Shown here one piece after another: positions 46,962-56,196 of a DNA stretch of 64,000 bases. The position numbers and the translations under genes are program-made. The notes beneath the pieces are model-generated. The model was not told the origin of the DNA and searched no databases. It worked only from the letters and a program-made list of their open reading frames with translations. The stretch lies in contig CAXNGH010000005.1 of the NCBI GenBank assembly GCA_964201715.1, positions 25,665 to 89,664 of the forward strand. Direction: 5' to 3'. This DNA comes from Bryobacteraceae bacterium (GTDB taxonomy: Bacteria > Acidobacteriota > Terriglobia > Bryobacterales > Bryobacteraceae). Position 1 is the first letter of the stretch. Every line of letters begins with the position of its first letter.

Positions 46962-48016
46962 AGGTCCTCCAATTCTTTGAGTAAGTGTCGCATTTGGTCT
47001 CGGGTGCCGACGGTGATGCGGACGCAGCCGGAGATTTCGTAGCTACGGTCACGGACGAGGACGCCGCGGATGCGGAGGGCGTCGCGGATTTCGATGGCGC
47101 GGTCGCCCATCTGAGTCAGGACGAAGTTGCCTTGGCTTTTGATGTAGGGGATGTTCAGTTTCTCGAGGCCGACGTAGAGGAGTTCGCGGGCGGCGAGGAT
47201 TTCGCCGACGTAGCGTTCGATGTACTGGGTGTCGCGAATGGCGGCGCGGGCGGCGAGGACGGCGAGCGCATTGACCGAGTAGGGGCTTTGGGCTTTTTGG
47301 AGCCAGGCGACGTTGGCGGCCTGGGTGAAGAGGCAGCCGATGCGGAGAGCGGCCATGCCGTAAACCTTCGAGAACGTGCGGGAAACGAAGAGGTTGGGGT
47401 ATTCCTTGAGCATCCCGAGGGCGGTGACGCCGCTGAACTCGTAGTAGGCTTCGTCGATGAGAACGGCGGCGTGGGGGGCGCGTTTCAGGATGCGGATGAT
47501 GCCTTCGTGGTCGACGCCGGTGCCGGTGGGGTTATTCGGATTGGAGATGAGAATGGCCTTGGTTTCGGGGCGGATGGCTCCGAGGAGTTCGGCGATGGGA
47601 AAGGCGAGCGAGCCGAGGCGGTAGGCGATTTCGCGGACCGAGGCGCCAGCGACTTCGGCGTAGAACTTGTACATGGCGTAGGCCGGTTTCAAGATCAGGA
47701 CGTCGTCATCGTCGTCGACATAGGTATTGATGAGGACTTGGATGGCTTCGTCAGTGCCGTTCGTGAGGGCGAATTCGTCTTCGCCGACGCGGAAGAAGGC
47801 GGCCAATTCGCGGCGAGCGGCGCTGTATTCCGGGTAGACGGCGAGGTCGTTTTCGACGAGGTGTTCGACGAGGAACTGGGTGACTTTTTCCGAACAGCCG
47901 ATGGTGTTTTCGTTGAAATCGAGCCGGAGTTTGTCGCCTCTGCCGCCGGAGGGCGGATGATAGGGCGCCATTTTTTCTACGGCGGGGCGGGGGCGCAATT
48001 TGGAGCTATTTGGCAC
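46946..48016 (-). CDS. hisC: Histidinol-phosphate aminotransferase HisC
   Basis: 356 aa with LDFNENTIGCS, SNPNNPTG and RTFSKVYGMAALRIGC (PLP lysine). Confidence 0.9.
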   Translation of the reverse strand: MPNSSKLRPRPAVEKMAPYHPPSGGRGDKLRLDFNENTIGCSEKVTQFLVEHLVENDLAVYPEYSAARRELAAFFRVGEDEFALTNGTDEAIQVLINTYVDDDDDVLILKPAYAMYKFYAEVAGASVREIAYRLGSLAFPIAELLGAIRPETKAILISNPNNPTGTGVDHEGIIRILKRAPHAAVLIDEAYYEFSGVTALGMLKEYPNLFVSRTFSKVYGMAALRIGCLFTQAANVAWLQKAQSPYSVNALAVLAARAAIRDTQYIERYVGEILAARELLYVGLEKLNIPYIKSQGNFVLTQMGDRAIEIRDALRIRGVLVRDRSYEISGCVRITVGTRDQMRHLLKELEDLWRRK

Positions 48017-49250
48017 TCCTCACCTCCACGGAGCGGGCATGCGCTTCGAGCCCTTCGGCTCGGGCGAGGGTGGTTATGGTGGGTGTCAGCTTCTTGAGGG
48101 CGGCGCTCGTGACTTCCTGGGTGGAGATCACCTTGACGTAGTCCGCGGAGGAGAGGCCGCCGCGGAGGCGGGCTGTGCCGCTGGTGGGTAGGACGTGATT
48201 GGGGCCGGTGGCATAGTCGCCGGCGGCTTCGGGACTGTGGGGCCCGATGAAGACGCTGCCGGCGTGCTGGATCTGTTTGAGCAGGCTGGCTGAGGGGATG
48301 GAGAGGTGTTCGGGAGCGAAGCGGTTGGAGACCTCGATAGCTTGGTCGATGGAATCGAACAGAATGATGGCGGAGTTTTTATCGATGGCGACGCGGGCGG
48401 TTTTGGCGGTGGGGAGGGTCGCCAATTGGCGTTCGATTTCGCTTTGGACGGCGAGTGCGAGTTGCTTGGAGGTGGTGAGGAGAACCGCCGAGGCGTCGGT
48501 GTCGTGTTCGGCTTGGGCGAGCATGTCGGCGGCGATCCAGGCGGGGTTGCCGTCGGTCGCAATCATCAGGATTTCAGTGGGTCCGGCGATGAAGTCGATG
48601 CCCACTTCCCCGGCGAGGAGCTTTTTGGCGGCGGCGACGTAGATGTTGCCGGGGCCGACGATGCGGTCTGCTTTCGGTACGGTTTTGGTGCCGTAGGCGA
48701 AGGCGGCGATGGCTTGGGCACCACCCATCTGGAAGACGTTTTTGACTTTCAGGAGAGCCGCCGTGCCGAAGATTTCGGGGACGACGCGGGGGGAACTGAC
48801 GCAGATATTGAGGACGCCGGCGACTTGGGCCGGGATCACGGTCATCAGCAGGGTGGAGGGCAGGGGATAGCGGCCTGCGGGGATGTAAGCGGCGACGGTT
48901 GCGAGGGGCCGGACGATTTGTCCGAGCTTGAGACCGGGAGCGACCGTGACAGATTTGGCTACGGGCAGTTGCAATTTGGCGTAGGCCCGGATGTTGGTGG
49001 ACGCGGTTTTGACGGCGGCGACGAACTCCTTTGAAAGGCCCTTGGCCGCGGCGGCGAGTTCGGCTTCCGGGACGAGGAGCGTTTTGCGGTCGAACTTGTC
49101 GAAGTGGCGGGCGTATTCGATGACGGCGGCGTCGCCACGCTTCTTTACGGCTTCCAGCATCGGTTTGACGATGGCTTCGGCTTCACCGAAGCGGGCGGCC
49201 TTGCGGGAGAGAATCTTACTAACTTGGTTGGCGGCAACAATCTTTATCAT
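48006..49250 (-). CDS. hisD: Histidinol dehydrogenase HisD
   Basis: 414 aa with AYIPAGRYPLPSTLLM, GGAQAIAAFAYGT, FIAGPTEILMIA, QAEHD and EHLSI. Confidence 0.95.
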   Translation of the reverse strand: MIKIVAANQVSKILSRKAARFGEAEAIVKPMLEAVKKRGDAAVIEYARHFDKFDRKTLLVPEAELAAAAKGLSKEFVAAVKTASTNIRAYAKLQLPVAKSVTVAPGLKLGQIVRPLATVAAYIPAGRYPLPSTLLMTVIPAQVAGVLNICVSSPRVVPEIFGTAALLKVKNVFQMGGAQAIAAFAYGTKTVPKADRIVGPGNIYVAAAKKLLAGEVGIDFIAGPTEILMIATDGNPAWIAADMLAQAEHDTDASAVLLTTSKQLALAVQSEIERQLATLPTAKTARVAIDKNSAIILFDSIDQAIEVSNRFAPEHLSIPSASLLKQIQHAGSVFIGPHSPEAAGDYATGPNHVLPTSGTARLRGGLSSADYVKVISTQEVTSAALKKLTPTITTLARAEGLEAHARSVEVRSAK

Positions 49251-49257
49251 ATGTAAC

Positions 49258-50136
49258 TTACATCACGATTTTATTCAGAGGGTACTCGACGATACCCTGC
49301 GCACCGGCGGCCTTTAAGCGGGGGATCAGGTTGCGAACGGTTAGTTCTTCAAGGATGGTATTGACGGCGACCCATTCGGGGTCGCTGAGTTGGGAGATGG
49401 TGGGGTTCTTGAGGGCGGGGAGGGTGGCAAGAACCCGATCTAAGTCAGCCCGGCGGACGTTCAACATCAGGCCGACTTTACCGAGGGCGGCGATGGCACC
49501 GTCGAGGAGGAGGCGGATATCCTGGAGCTTTTGCTGTTTCCAGGGGTCGGCCCAGGAGGCGTTGTTGGCGATGAGTTGCGTGTTGGAGCTCATGAGCTCT
49601 TCAACGATGCGGAGTTTGTTGGCGCGGAGGGAGGAGCCGGTTTCGGTGACTTCGACGATAGCGTCGGCGAGCACCGGGGGCTTGACCTCGGTGGCGCCCC
49701 AGGAGAATTCGACTTTAGCGGTGACGCCGTTTCGTTTGAGGTAATTTTTCGTGAACTGGACGAGTTCAGTGGCGATGACTTTGCCTTCGAGGTCCTTCAC
49801 GCTTTGGACGGGCGAGGATTCGGGGACGGCGAGGACCCAGCGGACCTTGCCGAAGCTGGCTTTGGAGTAGACGAGGTCGGCGACGGTTTGGATGGAGGCT
49901 TCTGATTCCAGGACCCAGTCAAGGCCGGTGAGGCCGGCGTCGAGGATGCCGTCTTCGACGTAGCGGGCCATTTCCTGCGCGCGGATGAGCATGCATTCGA
50001 TTTCGGGATCATCGATCGAAGGGAAGTAGCTGCGGCTAGAGACGGTGATGCTGAAGCCGGCTCGGCGGAATAAGTCGATGGTAGCGTTCTCGAGGCTGCC
50101 TTTGGGGATGCCGATTTTCAATTTATTACTGGTCAT
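49258..50136 (-). CDS. hisG: ATP phosphoribosyltransferase HisG (long form)
   Basis: 292 aa with [37 protein letters not shown] and the C-terminal regulatory domain. Confidence 0.9.
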   Translation of the reverse strand: MTSNKLKIGIPKGSLENATIDLFRRAGFSITVSSRSYFPSIDDPEIECMLIRAQEMARYVEDGILDAGLTGLDWVLESEASIQTVADLVYSKASFGKVRWVLAVPESSPVQSVKDLEGKVIATELVQFTKNYLKRNGVTAKVEFSWGATEVKPPVLADAIVEVTETGSSLRANKLRIVEELMSSNTQLIANNASWADPWKQQKLQDIRLLLDGAIAALGKVGLMLNVRRADLDRVLATLPALKNPTISQLSDPEWVAVNTILEELTVRNLIPRLKAAGAQGIVEYPLNKIVM

Positions 50137-50500
50137 AAACTACCTTCGGGTCGTAAGTCTGTTTTTCGTTGATTTGCCACTTTTCGTTAATGAGCGTGCG
50201 GAAGAAGCAGCTTTCGTAACCTGCGTGACAGACGCCGGGGCCGACGGGGTCGACAAAGATGAGGACGGCGTCCTGGTCGCAGTCGGTTTCGATGGCTTTG
50301 ACGATTAACTTATGGCCGGAGGATTCCCCCTTCAGCCAGAGTTTTTGGCGGCTGCGGGAGAAGAAAACGGCGTAGCCCTTTTCGATCGTGAGGCGGAACG
50401 ACTCTTCGTTCATGTAGCCGACCATGAGGACGCGTTTCGTTTCGAAATGTTGGATGACGGCAGTGACGAGGCCGTCTGATTTTTTGAAGTCTAAGTCCAT
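50126..50500 (-). CDS. hisI: Phosphoribosyl-AMP cyclohydrolase HisI (no fused HisE domain)
   Basis: Start at the ATG at comp. 50498-50500 ([34 protein letters not shown]...[10 protein letters not shown]...[10 protein letters not shown]). 124 aa. The 5' extension of the track ORF is spurious. Confidence 0.85.
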   Translation of the reverse strand: MDLDFKKSDGLVTAVIQHFETKRVLMVGYMNEESFRLTIEKGYAVFFSRSRQKLWLKGESSGHKLIVKAIETDCDQDAVLIFVDPVGPGVCHAGYESCFFRTLINEKWQINEKQTYDPKVVYDQ

Positions 50501-50503
50501 ATA

Positions 50504-50534
50504 GAAAAAGCCCGCCGTTTGTCGCGGCGGGCTG
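50504..50534 (-). terminator. Intrinsic terminator/attenuator hairpin ending 8 nt before the hisI start codon
   Basis: On the minus strand: CAGCCCGCCG-CGACAAA-CGGCGGGCT followed by TTTTCTAT and then ATG(hisI). It has a 9-bp GC stem, a 7-nt loop and a U-run. Confidence 0.6.
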
Positions 50535-50574
50535 GTGAGAAAGTCATCGAAGCTTCTGAAGATCAGTCTGGAAG

Positions 50575-50643
50575 CTACAGGACAGCCCGCCCATCCGCTG
50601 TACGGCAATGGTGACGACGCTGGCTAGGGTGCGAAATCCGCAT
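50575..50643 (-). CDS. Candidate 22-codon leader peptide MRISHPSQRRHHCRTADGRAVL
   Basis: ATG at comp. 50641-50643, TAG at comp. 50575-50577. It has tandem His codons (CAC CAT) plus one earlier His. Its 3' end (GGGCGGGCTG, comp. 50583-50592) is complementary to the 5' arm of the terminator. No SD was seen. Confidence 0.3.
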   Translation of the reverse strand: MRISHPSQRRHHCRTADGRAVL

Positions 50644-50667
50644 GAACAATCAGAATACCAAACTTCG

Positions 50668-52062
50668 CTATGGCTGTCGCGCCTGATTAAAAATCTGATT
50701 GAAAATCTCGGCCATGGCGCGCAGGAGTTGCGGGGCTCGGGGCGGGGAGATGAGGATCGGCAGGCCGTCCGGATTCGGCTTGACCTGGGTGTTGGGGTCG
50801 ACGAAGTTAAAGTTCTGCGCCTTGCCCTTTTCGTCGGTGATTTTCAGATTGAAGAAGACGATTCCCTGGTTACTGGAAGTTTGTTGGGCGGGGCCGAGGT
50901 TGGCGAGGGGAACGGTCATATTATTCTGGCTGCAGGCGGAGCCGGGGACGGACTCGAACTGGATTTGATTGGAGGAGATGGAGAGAAGGGCTCCGTGAGC
51001 GCCGGTCAACGTATGGTGATGGCCGACGGCGAAGGGGATGGTGGCACCGGCCTTGATGGCTTGGACGGCGGAGGGGACGAGGAGGTCCCACTGTTCCTGT
51101 TTGTAGTAGATGGAGGTAAGTAGGAAGAGGGCCTTGGGGTTAGTTGGTTCGAGACGGAGCGTCTGCATGGCGATGGATTTGGCTTGGTCGATGTCTCCTC
51201 GTTGGAAGGCGGAGACGCCGCTGGAGAGGTCGGGCGCGTTGGCCGAAGCGTTGCGGGCGAGGGGGTTGGAGACGGGCGGGGGAGCGGCGGCCTCAATAAC
51301 GGGGGGGGATGGGGCGGTGCCGGGACGGAGGTAGACTTCGCCGATGACGCTGGAGACGGTCCAGGGGACTTGCTTGCCGCCGGAGGCGTTGTAGACGCGC
51401 TCGCGGACGCGGTTGAAGACCTGGTCGATGGTCAGGCCAGGTTGCTGAAGGGCGGTGATGAAATGGGTAGTGAACAGGCCGTTGTTGCCGGTGGGATTGT
51501 CGTCGGCGGTCTTGCCGGGGGCGGTTGCGAAGGCGATGAGGGTGCCCTTGCCGGTACCCATGGCGGCTAAACCTCCGGAGGTGGAGCGGGTGGCGGCGAA
51601 GGGGTTGTTGCGGCAGGCGTCGAGGACGACGAGGGTGACGCGGGCGCCGGCTTTTTCGATGCGTTCCTGGACGCGGGAGGCGGCATAGGCGGCGTACTTG
51701 GCGTCGGCTTCGTCCTTGGCATCGAAGTCGATGGGGACGAGGTAGTTTTCGCCTTCGAGTTGGATGCCGTGGCCGGCGTAGTAGAACGCCACGGTGTCGC
51801 CCTGCTTGACCTTGGCGACGAAGGCGCTGATGGTGCGGTCGAGGTTCTGGAGGGTGACGTCGATGGCGGAGGTGGTGGAGAAGCCGACGCTGGTTAGTGC
51901 TTGGGCGACGGCGCGGGCGTCGTTGGCGGGGTTGCGGAGGGGCCACTTGGGATAGGCACCGTTGCCGACGACGAGGGCGAGCTTTTGGGCTCCTTCGAGC
52001 TTGAGATCGCGCTGGGCGAGGATGGATGCGGCGAGGAGGAGGAGGAGGCTGAGAGCTTTCAT
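50668..52062 (-). CDS. Secreted caspase-family (peptidase C14) protein with TPR-like and beta-rich C-terminal regions
   Basis: 464 aa with a signal peptide (MKALSLLLLLAASILAQ). Motifs: KLALVVGNGAY, FYYAGHGIQ (catalytic His) and VVLDACRNNPF (catalytic Cys). Confidence 0.85.
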   Translation of the reverse strand: MKALSLLLLLAASILAQRDLKLEGAQKLALVVGNGAYPKWPLRNPANDARAVAQALTSVGFSTTSAIDVTLQNLDRTISAFVAKVKQGDTVAFYYAGHGIQLEGENYLVPIDFDAKDEADAKYAAYAASRVQERIEKAGARVTLVVLDACRNNPFAATRSTSGGLAAMGTGKGTLIAFATAPGKTADDNPTGNNGLFTTHFITALQQPGLTIDQVFNRVRERVYNASGGKQVPWTVSSVIGEVYLRPGTAPSPPVIEAAAPPPVSNPLARNASANAPDLSSGVSAFQRGDIDQAKSIAMQTLRLEPTNPKALFLLTSIYYKQEQWDLLVPSAVQAIKAGATIPFAVGHHHTLTGAHGALLSISSNQIQFESVPGSACSQNNMTVPLANLGPAQQTSSNQGIVFFNLKITDEKGKAQNFNFVDPNTQVKPNPDGLPILISPPRAPQLLRAMAEIFNQIFNQARQP

Positions 52063-53138
52063 TGCGGGTCCACGGCAAAGGCTTTTTCGCCGTTCATGTA
52101 CCAGTTGGTGGCGTCCTTAGTGAGGGCGAAGGTACGGGTTTGGCCGGAGTCGTAGACGACTTCGAGGAAGGCGCGGGTGCCGTTGTCGATGATCTTCCAA
52201 CGACCTTTTTGTGCGTCCTTGCCGAAGCTGCTGCCACTGGCACCGGGGACGTCGACGCTGACCATGCTGCTGCTCCAATAGGAATAGCGGCCGTCGGTTC
52301 CGAGGGTGTGTTTCTTTTCGCTGGACATGCCTTGGCTGGCGTTGAACTGGCGGATGACTTTGCCGCGGAGTTTTTGGTCCCAGGGACTGTTGGTGGCGGA
52401 GGTGCTGAGGGGCTGGTGTTGGTAGCGGATGCTTTGGGCGACTTGGGCGAGGGTGGCTTTGTGGGCCCGGACTTTTTCGGCGGGGCCGACGGCGAGGACG
52501 ACGTGGGCGCGGGTTCCGGCAGGGACGATGTAGAGGGAGAAGGCACCGAGTTGGTTTGTTTTGGGGTCGAGGATCTCCCAGTGGTAGGCGGTGCCGTTGG
52601 GGAAGGATTCGCGTTCGCCGCCCTTGCGGATGACGCCTCCGCTTTGCGTGAAGCCTTGGCTCATTTGCTTGACGAAGGCGGGCTCGTCGGCCACATCGTA
52701 GCCTTCTTTGGAGGTGGCGAAGTAGCCTTCGTCGGCGGATGCGCCGGGGGGTAGGAGGCGGAGGGCGTCATCGGTTTGGCCGGTGGCCCAGCCGCCGGGG
52801 AGCGAGAGAGAAACGCCATTGGCGGCGCGAATAGCTCCGCCGGCGCGGGTGAGGACGTAGGCGTGGCCCTCGCTGACCAGTTGCAGTTTGGGGCCGACGA
52901 GGGTGGCCGTGAAAGGGAAGGATTTGCCGCCGGCGGTGAACGCGCCAGTGAGTTCGGTGCCACTTTCGCGGGCGGTGAGGGGCAGCTTTTGGCCTTGGAG
53001 TTCGATGGTTCCGGTGTAGCGGCCGTCGGTGCGGGCGTGCAACTCCACTTGCATTTCGGCGCTTTGAAAGGAGCCGACGTAGGCGGATTGGGCACTGAGC
53101 CATCCGACGGAAGCTACCAGCAACGTGATCGCTCTCAT
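52059..53138 (-). CDS. Secreted hypothetical protein
   Basis: Start at the ATG at comp. 53136-53138, preceded by AAGGAG. Signal peptide MRAITLLVASVGWLSAQS. Its stop overlaps the caspase-gene ATG (ATGA). Beta-rich with GxYxGxIxLxG-type motifs. Confidence 0.6.
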   Translation of the reverse strand: MRAITLLVASVGWLSAQSAYVGSFQSAEMQVELHARTDGRYTGTIELQGQKLPLTARESGTELTGAFTAGGKSFPFTATLVGPKLQLVSEGHAYVLTRAGGAIRAANGVSLSLPGGWATGQTDDALRLLPPGASADEGYFATSKEGYDVADEPAFVKQMSQGFTQSGGVIRKGGERESFPNGTAYHWEILDPKTNQLGAFSLYIVPAGTRAHVVLAVGPAEKVRAHKATLAQVAQSIRYQHQPLSTSATNSPWDQKLRGKVIRQFNASQGMSSEKKHTLGTDGRYSYWSSSMVSVDVPGASGSSFGKDAQKGRWKIIDNGTRAFLEVVYDSGQTRTFALTKDATNWYMNGEKAFAVDPQ

Positions 53139-53170
53139 AGTTTCTCCTTGCACCTAACGCGTGATTTCGA

Positions 53171-54280
53171 CTAAACCGCCCTCGCGACCACCTGGACTGG
53201 TTTTGACCCTACTGGAATCATAGTGAAGAGTGGCGCGGTTTTGTTTCGGTTGGGGGTGATGGATTTGATGCGGAGGACGGCCATATCGCCGCTGGCCTGG
53301 TTCAGGACGAGGGCGTACTGGTTGTCCGGGGTGATGGTGACGAAGGCGGGGTCCTTGCCGACCGAGACAACGGCGACGGTTTTATGGGTGACGATGTCGA
53401 GGACGCTGACGTCGTTGCGGGAGGGGCTGGCGACGAAGAGGTAGTCGACGTCGGGGGTGGAGGCGGCGGCCATTTCGCCTGGTTCATGGCCGGTGAGGAC
53501 GGTTTCGGCGATTTCGCCGCGGTACGGGTAAACGATGACGACGGCGTCGAGGCCTTTTCCGGTGATGAAGAGTTGGCCGCCATCGGGTTTGAAGCAGAAG
53601 CGTTCGGGTTCGATGGCGAGGGGGAGGTGGGTTAAGAGTTGGCGGCTGGGGAGTTCGTAGAGGGAGAGGACGCGGGCTTCGCGGGCGCCGAACAGGATCG
53701 CCTTGCCGTTGCCTTGGAAGCGGGCGATGGTGGGGCGGTGGGGTAGATCGAAATTGGCGACGATGCGGCCTTCGCGGCGATCGATGAGGGCGGGCGGGGC
53801 GTCTTCGAACAGGACGAGGGCCCAGGGTTCCCGCTGGGCTAAGGCGAGCGCGACGGGTTCGGCGGGGAGGGTGACTTGTTTGGTTGGTTTGAGGGTTTCG
53901 GGGTCGAGGAGCAGCAGCTTCCGAGGGGCGCGGGCGAGAGCCCAGAGTTCGCCGGAGTCGGTGAGCTGGAGGTCGACGAGATCGCCGGCGAGGGTAACTT
54001 TGCGGCGGAACGCCAGCTTGGCGGGATCGATTTCGTACATGGCCCCGTTGCCCAAGCCGAGGGCGTAGATGGCTTCGCGGGTGGGGTGGGCGAGGACGGC
54101 CTTGGGTTGTCCGTCGATGCGGATGTGTTTGGCGACGACGAAGGCGGTGAGATCGACGGCGGCGATGGCTTGGCCTTCCTGGTTGGCGACGAAGGCATAG
54201 CCTTCGAAACCTTTGGCCCGTTCTTTGCGGCAGGCCGAGAGGGCGAGGGAGGAGGCGAGCAGTGTGCGGCGAGAGATCAA
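53171..54280 (-). CDS. Lipoprotein with YVTN/beta-propeller repeats
   Basis: The probable TTG start at comp. 54278-54280 gives (M)ISRRTLLASSLALSAC, a Tat-like RR plus a lipobox. There are repeated ...YALVLNQASGDMAVLRI / ...LFVASPSRNDVSVLDI propeller blades. The upstream 166 codons of track ORF 53171-54778 are P/S/A junk. Confidence 0.7.
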   Translation of the reverse strand: MISRRTLLASSLALSACRKERAKGFEGYAFVANQEGQAIAAVDLTAFVVAKHIRIDGQPKAVLAHPTREAIYALGLGNGAMYEIDPAKLAFRRKVTLAGDLVDLQLTDSGELWALARAPRKLLLLDPETLKPTKQVTLPAEPVALALAQREPWALVLFEDAPPALIDRREGRIVANFDLPHRPTIARFQGNGKAILFGAREARVLSLYELPSRQLLTHLPLAIEPERFCFKPDGGQLFITGKGLDAVVIVYPYRGEIAETVLTGHEPGEMAAASTPDVDYLFVASPSRNDVSVLDIVTHKTVAVVSVGKDPAFVTITPDNQYALVLNQASGDMAVLRIKSITPNRNKTAPLFTMIPVGSKPVQVVARAV

Positions 54281-54303
54281 GACTGTAGTGTAATAAACGG
54301 AGG

Positions 54304-55101
54304 ATGTCCTGGGCACTATTCCTGTTGGCGACGGTCTCGCTCTCTCCTTCGCTAGCGACTTGGAAAGAGTCGATTGAGAAGACCGGAAAGATTGCGGTGG
54401 TGCTGCTGCGGTTGCCGGCGACGGCGCAGACGGCGGTGTTAGCGCTGCCGGGGGACATTCTGGAGCGAGAGGCGCTGGCGAACTACACCGATCAGCCCGG
54501 GTTTGTTGCGCAATATCGCGGGGCGCAGGCGATGACGGTAAACTATTTGGGGTCGAAGGGGCGGGTGAGCTTTGTGTTGGTGAACCCGGAGCACGCGGGG
54601 ACGGGGGCGGCGGAGGAGGCGGTGATTGCGCATGAGTTCGGGCACATTTGGCTGAAGGCGCAGCGGTATCCGGCACCGGTGTATGCGGGGGGGGAAGCGG
54701 CGTGCTTGAGCGTGCATGCGTTGGATGCGGTGCAACATATTCTGATACGGGAGGAGATGGAGCGTCGCGGAGTGGCATGGAAAGCGCCTTGGCATGCGGC
54801 GCTGGGGGTAGCGTTGGCGCAGATGGAAAGCGAACCGGGAGCAGCGGCGAAGGTGGGCCGTTGTCAGGCGTTGGGCCAAGCGGCGATGTGGATTGACGTG
54901 GCGTTGGGGGCGGGGGACTGGGGGGGGCAAGGGGATTTTTTGGCGGCGATGCGGCGACGGTTTCCTGAGATGGTGTCGGCGGCGGAGGAGATCACGGCGT
55001 ACCTTCGATCGGCCGGGGTGGAGGACATCGCGCGTCACCGTGCGGCGCTAGGCTTTGTATTTGGCCGAATGAAGCAGCTGGCGTTGTCTGTGTCTCTCTA
55101 A
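54304..55101 (+). CDS. Hypothetical exported protein with an HExxH motif (putative zinc metalloprotease)
   Basis: 265 aa with the N-terminal hydrophobic segment MSWALFLLATVSLSPSLA and VIAHEFGHIW (HExxH). It is divergent from the propeller/caspase cluster. The start is uncertain because GGAGG abuts the ATG. Confidence 0.55.
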   Translation: MSWALFLLATVSLSPSLATWKESIEKTGKIAVVLLRLPATAQTAVLALPGDILEREALANYTDQPGFVAQYRGAQAMTVNYLGSKGRVSFVLVNPEHAGTGAAEEAVIAHEFGHIWLKAQRYPAPVYAGGEAACLSVHALDAVQHILIREEMERRGVAWKAPWHAALGVALAQMESEPGAAAKVGRCQALGQAAMWIDVALGAGDWGGQGDFLAAMRRRFPEMVSAAEEITAYLRSAGVEDIARHRAALGFVFGRMKQLALSVSL

Positions 55102-55130
55102 TTTACTGAAAAGAAAAGGTTCCCTATGCT
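55102..55130 (+). promoter_or_regulatory. Sigma-70-like promoter for the mreB operon
   Basis: TTTACT (55102-55107), a 17-nt spacer, then TATGCT (55125-55130), 20 nt upstream of the mreB ATG. Confidence 0.35.
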
Positions 55131-55150
55131 ACCCTGAGGCTACTGCTGTC

Positions 55151-56176
55151 ATGAATCTGCGTTCCCTGTTTAGCCTTTTCTCCTCCGACCTTGCGATTGA
55201 CCTCGGCACCGCCAACACGTTGGTGTTTGCCAAAGGCAAGGGGATTGTTGTGAATGAACCTTCAATTGTCGCCATTAACAAAAACAATGGTGAGGTGGAG
55301 GCCGTCGGTAAGGAAGCCAAGGAGATGGTGGGCCGTACGCCGGGTAACATTGTAGCCATTCGGCCCATGAAAGACGGCGTAATCGCCGATTTCAAGGTGA
55401 CCGAGCGGATGCTGAATTATTTCATTCAGAAGGCGCACGGGCGGAAGATGCTAGTGCATCCTCGGATTGTGATTGGCGTTCCGAGTGAGATTACGCAGGT
55501 CGAAAAGCGGGCGGTGATCGATAGCGCTTACCGGGCTAAGGCGAGCGAAGTGTTTCTGGTCGAGCAGGCGATGGTGGCGGCGATTGGTGCGGGACTGCCG
55601 ATTACGGAGCCGTCCGGAAACATGGTCGTTGATATCGGAGGGGGGACGACGGACGTGGCGGTGATTTCGTTGTCGGGTATTGTTTACTCGCGTTCGGTGC
55701 GGGTGGCGGGCAACGAGATGGACGACGCGATCATGCAGTATCTGAAGCGTAAATACAACCTGCTGATCGGCGAGCGGACGGCGGAGATGATCAAAATGAC
55801 GGTTGGTTCGGCGTATCCGCTGGACAAGCCGTTGACGATGGAGATCAAGGGCCGGAACCTGATTGAGGGCGTTCCAAAGACGCTGACGATTGACGACACG
55901 GAGATTCGCGAGAGCTTGAGCGAATGCGTAGCGACGATTATGAACGCGATTCGCGTGGCGCTGGAACGGACTCCGCCCGAGCTATCGGCGGACATTAGCG
56001 ACAAGGGCATTGTGCTGTCCGGTGGCGGGGCGATGCTGAAGAATTTGGACAAGCGCATTCGTGAAGAGACTGGGCTGCCGGTTTCGATTGCCGAAGACCC
56101 GCTGGCAAGCGTTGTGCTGGGGACAGGCAAAATGTTAACCGATTTTAAGCTGCTGCGTCGTATTGCGATCGAATAG
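55151..56176 (+). CDS. mreB: Rod-shape-determining actin homologue MreB
   Basis: 341 aa with DLAIDLGTANTLVF, MVVDIGGGTTDVAVISL and GIVLSGGGAMLKNLD. Confidence 0.97.
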   Translation: MNLRSLFSLFSSDLAIDLGTANTLVFAKGKGIVVNEPSIVAINKNNGEVEAVGKEAKEMVGRTPGNIVAIRPMKDGVIADFKVTERMLNYFIQKAHGRKMLVHPRIVIGVPSEITQVEKRAVIDSAYRAKASEVFLVEQAMVAAIGAGLPITEPSGNMVVDIGGGTTDVAVISLSGIVYSRSVRVAGNEMDDAIMQYLKRKYNLLIGERTAEMIKMTVGSAYPLDKPLTMEIKGRNLIEGVPKTLTIDDTEIRESLSECVATIMNAIRVALERTPPELSADISDKGIVLSGGGAMLKNLDKRIREETGLPVSIAEDPLASVVLGTGKMLTDFKLLRRIAIE

Positions 56177-56196
56177 TTCCGAGAGTCGTCTCCGTT

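Noticed and set aside
54281-54778. N-terminal 166 codons of track ORF 53171-54778
   Set aside because: It is P/S/A/T-rich junk antisense to the HExxH gene. A TTG at comp. 54278-54280 gives a textbook RR-lipobox signal peptide instead.
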